A DNA stretch of 64,000 nt, taken from an uncultured cyanobacterium (GTDB taxonomy: Bacteria; Cyanobacteriota; Cyanobacteriia; Cyanobacteriales; CAWCAG01). The stretch is taken from assembly GCA_963793425.1 (NCBI GenBank), contig CAWCAG010000005.1, positions 800,001 to 864,000 on the forward strand, in the 5' to 3' direction. The translations under genes and the position numbers were made by a program. Within the stretch, counting starts at the first letter, position 1. Each line of letters begins with the position of its first letter. Below, in pieces: positions 58,971 to 64,000 of this stretch. The notes beneath the pieces were generated by a model that was given only the letters and a program-made list of their open reading frames with translations, did no database searches and had not been told where the DNA came from.

Positions 58971-59288
58971 ATGAACATCTACACCGTCACCATCAACCAC
59001 CAAGGTAAAGTCCATACTATTGAAGTCCCAGAAAACCGGACAATCTTAGAAGTAGCTGATGAGGAAAATATTGGTTTGCCTAATTCTTGTAATGCTGGAG
59101 TTTGTACCACTTGTGCTGCCAAGTTATTGGAAGGAGAAGTAGATCAAAGTGAAGCGATGGGAGTTTCTCCGGAATTACAAGCAGAAGGATACGCTTTACT
59201 CTGTGTCGCCCATCCCCGCTCTAACATTAAATTAGAATCAGAGCAAGAAGAAGCCGTCTACCAACGCCAATTCGGTAAATCTTCTTAA
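58971..59288 (+). CDS. Plant-type 2Fe-2S ferredoxin
   Basis: SCNAGVCTTC...LLC. Confidence 0.95.
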   Translation: MNIYTVTINHQGKVHTIEVPENRTILEVADEENIGLPNSCNAGVCTTCAAKLLEGEVDQSEAMGVSPELQAEGYALLCVAHPRSNIKLESEQEEAVYQRQFGKSS

Positions 59289-59536
59289 GCTAATCAGCAT
59301 ATTTCTTATTACCCATTACCTCAAACACTACACCCTTACACCCCTACCCCCCAAACCCTGAATTACCATAACCGTCCTAAAAAGGTTCGGAAAACAGCAC
59401 TTACTCAGAAGTGGCAATGGCAAGCACTATATAGGTAGTAAACAAATTGAAGCGAGCAAACGCTGAATTATTAAACTTAACTCGGTTCGATTTTTCTTAA
59501 ACCTAAATTTGTAGTTAAATAAAAAACGCACTTCAT

Positions 59537-61468
59537 ATGGCAAAAGTTGTTGGCATTGACTTAGGAACCACAAACTCCTGTGTAGCAGTAATGGAAGGTG
59601 GTAAACCCACTGTAATTGCTAACGCAGAAGGATTTCGTACCACACCATCTGTTGTCGCTTATGCAACCAAAAATGGCGATCGCCTAGTTGGTCAAATTGC
59701 TAAGCGTCAGGCAGTGATGAACCCACCAAATACTTTTTATTCCGTTAAGCGCTTCATTGGCCGTAAGTTTAATGAAGTAGCTAATGAAGCAACTGAAGTT
59801 GCTTACAAAGTTCTTCAAGATAGTAACGGCAACGTTAAGCTAGACTGTCCGGCCTTAAATAAGCAGTTTGCCCCAGAAGAAATTTCTGCTCAAGTACTAC
59901 GTAAATTAGTAGAAGATGCTAGCAAATATTTGGGAGAAACTGTAACTGAAGCGGTAATTACTGTTCCAGCTTACTTTAATGACTCCCAGCGTCAAGCAAC
60001 TAAAGATGCTGGTAAAGTTGCAGGCATTGAAGTTAAACGGATTATCAACGAACCTACAGCCGCTTCCTTGGCTTACGGTTTGGACAAACAAGATAACGAA
60101 ACTATTCTCGTCTTTGACTTAGGTGGTGGAACCTTCGACGTTTCTATCCTGGAAGTAGGTGATGGAGTCTTTGAAGTATTAGCTACTTCTGGAGATACTC
60201 ACCTTGGTGGTGACGACTTTGACAAAAAGATCGTAGACTACCTAGCTGCTAGCTTCAAGAGTGCAGAAGGAATTGATCTGCGTAGCGACAAACAAGCCCT
60301 ACAGCGTCTTACAGAGGCTGCTGAAAAAGCTAAAATCGAGCTATCTAGCGTTACCCAAGCGGAAATTAACCTACCCTTCATCACCGCTACCCAAGACGGC
60401 CCCAAACACTTAGATACCACCTTAACAAGAGCAAAGTTTGAAGAAATATGCTCTGATCTGATTGATCGTTGTCGCATTCCTGTAGAACAAGCTGTTAAGG
60501 ATGCCAAAATAGACAAATCAGCTCTTGATGAAGTAGTTATGGTTGGGGGTTCTACTAGAATTCCTGCAGTTAAAGAACTGGTTAAGCGTGTTCTCGATAA
60601 AGACCCTAACCAAGGGGTTAACCCAGACGAAGTAGTAGCTGTGGGTGCTGCGATTCAAGGTGGAGTCCTATCAGGAGAAGTTAAAGACATACTCCTTTTA
60701 GACGTTACTCCCCTATCTTTGGGTGTAGAAACCTTGGGTGGTGTAATGACCAAAATCATCCCCCGTAACACCACTATTCCCACCAAAAAATCAGAGACTT
60801 TCTCTACGGCTGCTGATGGACAAAGCAATGTAGAAATCCAAGCCCTCCAAGGGGAAAGGGAAATGTCCAAGGACAATAAAAGCTTGGGTAATTTCCGCCT
60901 AGATGGTATTCCTCCCGCACCTCGTGGTGTACCCCAAATTGAAGTTACTTTTGATATTGATGCTAACGGTATTCTGAACGTAACAGCAAAAGATAAAGGT
61001 ACTGGGAAAGAACAGTCTATTAGTATTACTGGTGCTTCAACCTTACCAGATACCGAAGTAGACCGTATGGTTCAAGAAGCAGAAGCCAATGCTAGCGCGG
61101 ATAAAGAACGTCGCGAAAAAATTGAGCGCAAAAACCAGGCTGACTCTTTAGTTTATCAAGCTGGTAAACAGATAGAAGAGTTAGGAGATAAAGTTCCTGC
61201 TGATGATAAAACCAAAGCAGAAGGTTTAATCAAAGAACTTAGTGAAGCTGTAGCGAAAGAAGATGATGAGCAAATTCAAAAGCTAACTCCTGAATTACAG
61301 CAACTGCTTTATAGCATTGGTAGCAGCGTCTATCAAGATGCTGGCGGTGTACCTAACCCTGCTGATGCTGCGGGCGCTGATGCGGCAGGTGCAGGTGCGG
61401 CCCCCGGTGGCACTGATGGCGGCGAAGATGTAATTGATGCTGAATTCGCTGAAGACGACAATAAATAA
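59537..61468 (+). CDS. dnaK: Molecular chaperone DnaK
   Basis: [32 protein letters not shown]-terminal DVIDAEF. Confidence 0.99.
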   Translation: MAKVVGIDLGTTNSCVAVMEGGKPTVIANAEGFRTTPSVVAYATKNGDRLVGQIAKRQAVMNPPNTFYSVKRFIGRKFNEVANEATEVAYKVLQDSNGNVKLDCPALNKQFAPEEISAQVLRKLVEDASKYLGETVTEAVITVPAYFNDSQRQATKDAGKVAGIEVKRIINEPTAASLAYGLDKQDNETILVFDLGGGTFDVSILEVGDGVFEVLATSGDTHLGGDDFDKKIVDYLAASFKSAEGIDLRSDKQALQRLTEAAEKAKIELSSVTQAEINLPFITATQDGPKHLDTTLTRAKFEEICSDLIDRCRIPVEQAVKDAKIDKSALDEVVMVGGSTRIPAVKELVKRVLDKDPNQGVNPDEVVAVGAAIQGGVLSGEVKDILLLDVTPLSLGVETLGGVMTKIIPRNTTIPTKKSETFSTAADGQSNVEIQALQGEREMSKDNKSLGNFRLDGIPPAPRGVPQIEVTFDIDANGILNVTAKDKGTGKEQSISITGASTLPDTEVDRMVQEAEANASADKERREKIERKNQADSLVYQAGKQIEELGDKVPADDKTKAEGLIKELSEAVAKEDDEQIQKLTPELQQLLYSIGSSVYQDAGGVPNPADAAGADAAGAGAAPGGTDGGEDVIDAEFAEDDNK

Positions 61469-61508
61469 GTCATTTCAGTAGCAACAGAATTAATCTCTCA
61501 GATTAGGT

Positions 61509-61543
61509 AAGGTGTATTGTGCTACGGTGCAATACACCTTTTT
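61509..61543 (+). terminator. Rho-independent terminator after dnaK
   Basis: AAGGTGTATTG-loop-CAATACACCTT followed by a T run. Confidence 0.85.
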
Positions 61544-61606
61544 CAATGATCAATGATGGCAAGGGATTAGTTAAAATTTAAGTAAGAATTAGGAGTTAAG
61601 TAAACA

Positions 61607-61975
61607 ATGAATAATTTCGGTAATATAGTTCAAAGAGCTTTTTATATGGGTGTTGGTATTGCTGCTTTCGCAGGAGAGAGAGCTAATGAGTTGCGGATTA
61701 GAGCGCAAAAACTGGCGGATGAAATGGTTGCGCGAGGGGAAATGAATGCAGAAGAAGCTCGCAAGTTTGTAGACGATGTAGTGAAAAATGCTCAAAAGCC
61801 TCCGGTAGAGCAATCTCCAGATTACACCACAGATAATCTAGCGAAAGAACCTCGTCAGATTGAAATTGTTTCAGATGATGAAGAATCTTCTCATTCCGAT
61901 ACCCAAAAGGTAGATAATCTGCGCGATCAGGTACAATCGTTACAAGATGAATTACGTCGCCTCAGAAAAGAATAG
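61607..61975 (+). CDS. Phasin-family-like protein
   Basis: AFYMGVG...ADEMVARGEMNAEEARKFVDD. Confidence 0.7.
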   Translation: MNNFGNIVQRAFYMGVGIAAFAGERANELRIRAQKLADEMVARGEMNAEEARKFVDDVVKNAQKPPVEQSPDYTTDNLAKEPRQIEIVSDDEESSHSDTQKVDNLRDQVQSLQDELRRLRKE

Positions 61976-62022
61976 TATCTTAGTGTTAATTAAGATGAAA
62001 TAGTTAGAGCGTTGAAAAGCTT

Positions 62023-62430
62023 ATGGAAGATTGGTCAAAAGATGCTTTGGAAATATTAGAAACGGTAACTGATGAAGTTGAACAGTTTTTCCAGGACTTT
62101 TCCGACGGACTCGATTCTGTTGCTGATGAATTTTATCAGGCGGTTACCACAGAAGTAGATATTTTTTGGCAAGAAGTGTTAGAACCTTTTCTTGGCAACG
62201 AGTTTGAGTTTGAAGAACAGGATGAAGATATCTACTCTTTTCATATTTATACTCCCCTCGTTAATAGATTAGAGCCAACAACTAGTAAGAACCCTGCTTG
62301 TATTGGCTGTCGTCACTATCATGGCCATATTTATAACGGTAATTTACTCGTGTGTGGAATGCACCCCTATGGATGGGAGGAAGAAAGCTGTCCTGATTGG
62401 GAAAATTTGAAAGACTGGGATTTAGGCTAG
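62023..62430 (+). CDS. Conserved cyanobacterial protein with C-terminal Cys/His cluster
   Basis: CIGCRHYHG...VCGMHPYG...CPDW. Confidence 0.75.
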   Translation: MEDWSKDALEILETVTDEVEQFFQDFSDGLDSVADEFYQAVTTEVDIFWQEVLEPFLGNEFEFEEQDEDIYSFHIYTPLVNRLEPTTSKNPACIGCRHYHGHIYNGNLLVCGMHPYGWEEESCPDWENLKDWDLG

Positions 62431-63014
62431 TTAATTTCAATTATTTCTTTGATAAAGTTGACTTTTTGCTTGTATTCCTTTTCTGTTAATACTGGCATCA
62501 TACCCTCCAAGGAAATGCCTTGCTGTAACTCAAACCAAGAACGACAACCGCCATAGGATTGATGGAAAGGAATTATTTGTGGTTGAGGCAAACTATAAAC
62601 TTGTAATAATAAAATGTGTAGAGGTTGCTTTGGTTTCCATTGGCAACGTTCTTGGACAAATTGCTGATTCCAGATATGGTAGGGGAATAGTTTTTCAATC
62701 AGATAGGTTTGGTGAAGGGGTAAAATATCTGTGATCTCAGCCCAGCTACGAATAGGAACAGTTTCTGGATGCCAACCCGGAGTTACCGGAGTTACTTTGT
62801 CAGCATATTCTGGTTTAAGTAACTGGGGTTTTTGATGCTCGTAGGTAGGGTAGAGGATAATCTGATGATAAGGTACTTGAAAACTCTTATTCTGCTCACG
62901 AATGCCACCTTTACGCAGCAGCATAATTGTCTTTCCTTGAGTTAAAGCATTTATAGCAACAGCCCATTCTTTAAGAGCCTGTTTTGTAGGAGGAACCATC
63001 GCAACGGACATCAT
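62427..63014 (-). CDS. DUF1802 family protein
   Basis: ALKEW, LLRKGGIRE, LYPTYEHQ, YGGCRSW. Confidence 0.88.
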   Translation of the reverse strand: MMSVAMVPPTKQALKEWAVAINALTQGKTIMLLRKGGIREQNKSFQVPYHQIILYPTYEHQKPQLLKPEYADKVTPVTPGWHPETVPIRSWAEITDILPLHQTYLIEKLFPYHIWNQQFVQERCQWKPKQPLHILLLQVYSLPQPQIIPFHQSYGGCRSWFELQQGISLEGMMPVLTEKEYKQKVNFIKEIIEIN

Positions 63015-63065
63015 TTTTACCTCAATAACTGCAATAATTAATTAACTGACTTTGGTACAAATTAT

Positions 63066-63668
63066 ATGGTCCGAGTTTCTCAAACTGAACTAATCGCTGG
63101 GGCGATCGCGGGTCAATTAGTCAGTTTTCCTACAGATACTCTACCAGCTTTAGCTGTCAGACCAGAGCAAGCAGAGTTAATCTTCAAAGCTAAGCAACGT
63201 CCTCACCATAAGCCTTTAATTTTAATGGGGGCATCTTTAGAGGAGCTTTTACCTTATATTGCTGGCTCTGCTGCCCAACTAAACATCTGGCAACAAGTAG
63301 CTAAACAACATTGGCCAGGGGGCCTTACTTTGGTTTTACCAGCTTCAGAAGCTGTACCCCAAGCTATGAATCCTCAAGATCATACCACCATCGGCATCAG
63401 GGTTCCCAATCAACCCTTTGCTCAAGAAATCCTGGCTGCCACAAAACCCCTTGCTACTACCAGTGCGAATTTATCCGGACAACCAGCTTTAACCACGATG
63501 GATGCCGTTGAAGCTACTTTCCCAGAAGTGCTAACTTGGGAATACCCTGATCTGGAAAATAATGCCAATCTATTTAGTGGTGTAGCTTCTACCGTGGCGA
63601 AATGGACAGATACAGGTTGGGAAATTTTGCGTCAAGGGGCTGTTTATCTTGAATTGAATAATTCGTGA
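63066..63668 (+). CDS. tsaC: L-threonylcarbamoyladenylate synthase (TsaC/Sua5/YrdC)
   Basis: FPTDT, K.RP..KPL, WPGGLT, GIRVP, TSANLSG, ASTV, LRQG. Confidence 0.92.
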   Translation: MVRVSQTELIAGAIAGQLVSFPTDTLPALAVRPEQAELIFKAKQRPHHKPLILMGASLEELLPYIAGSAAQLNIWQQVAKQHWPGGLTLVLPASEAVPQAMNPQDHTTIGIRVPNQPFAQEILAATKPLATTSANLSGQPALTTMDAVEATFPEVLTWEYPDLENNANLFSGVASTVAKWTDTGWEILRQGAVYLELNNS

Positions 63669-63709
63669 ATTCCCTATTATGCTATTGATCATTAAACATT
63701 TTCAAACAT

Positions 63710-64000
63710 ATGCAAGAAATTAGTTGGGTATATTTATTAGTGGGATTAGGCTTAGGCATTGTTGGCACTCGCTTAACAAGCAAATCTAAACTAGCAAAAG
63801 CCCCGACTGATTGGGAAGTCCCGGAGCAAGATCCCGTTACCCCTCAACTTACCGAGCAAATAGAAAACCTGCAACAACAGCTTCAACAAACTCAATTAGC
63901 TTATCAAATGGCTGCTCAAATGAGTTCTTTTAAAGCAGGTTTTTTGGCACGAACTTCCCACGAGTTAAGATCCCCTCTTAATAGTTTGATTGGCTTACAC
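63710..64000 (+). CDS. Partial sensor histidine kinase (TM + HisKA)
   Basis: Manual translation MQEISWVYLLVGLGLG...FKAGFLARTSHELRSPLNSLIGLH; runs off the window. Confidence 0.85.
   Translation, partial: MQEISWVYLLVGLGLGIVGTRLTSKSKLAKAPTDWEVPEQDPVTPQLTEQIENLQQQLQQTQLAYQMAAQMSSFKAGFLARTSHELRSPLNSLIGLH

Overview
Cyanobacterial chromosomal window, recognised from roughly 30 HIP1 octamers (GCGATCGC) counted by eye, 7-8 nt intergenic tandem repeats, pentapeptide-repeat genes, a CyaB-type adenylate cyclase and a cyanobacterial 6S RNA. Most of it is housekeeping or signalling: ruvA, accB, efp, nnr, mnmA, recN, queG, ggt, a partner-switching/two-component cluster, dnaK and tsaC. The standout is a compact operon at about 52720-55760. 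It has a sigma70 promoter overlapped by a LexA-like box, a 66-aa possibly ubiquitin-like ORF, four tandem structured RNAs, a stand-alone ribosomal protein L7/L12 paralogue, a fifth RNA copy, a Ro60/TROVE-vWA-like gene and a terminator. All five RNAs share one long-stem scaffold supported by compensatory changes, but each carries a different tRNA-derived cargo: (1) a tRNA permuted between the D and anticodon arms, (2) a canonical-order tRNA body with no acceptor end, (3) a YrlA-type tRNA permuted in the anticodon loop, (4) a permuted class II (Leu-like) tRNA, and (5) a bare Asp-type anticodon hairpin. Other oddities are a frameshifted double-globin/pentapeptide gene, an ISL3 remnant that truncates a neighbour, a STAND-ATPase pair bracketed by REP-like palindromes, a frameshifted ABC permease, an Hsp70-WD40 fusion and an unannotated 34-aa membrane ORF. 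All calls come from reading motifs by eye; no searches were run.
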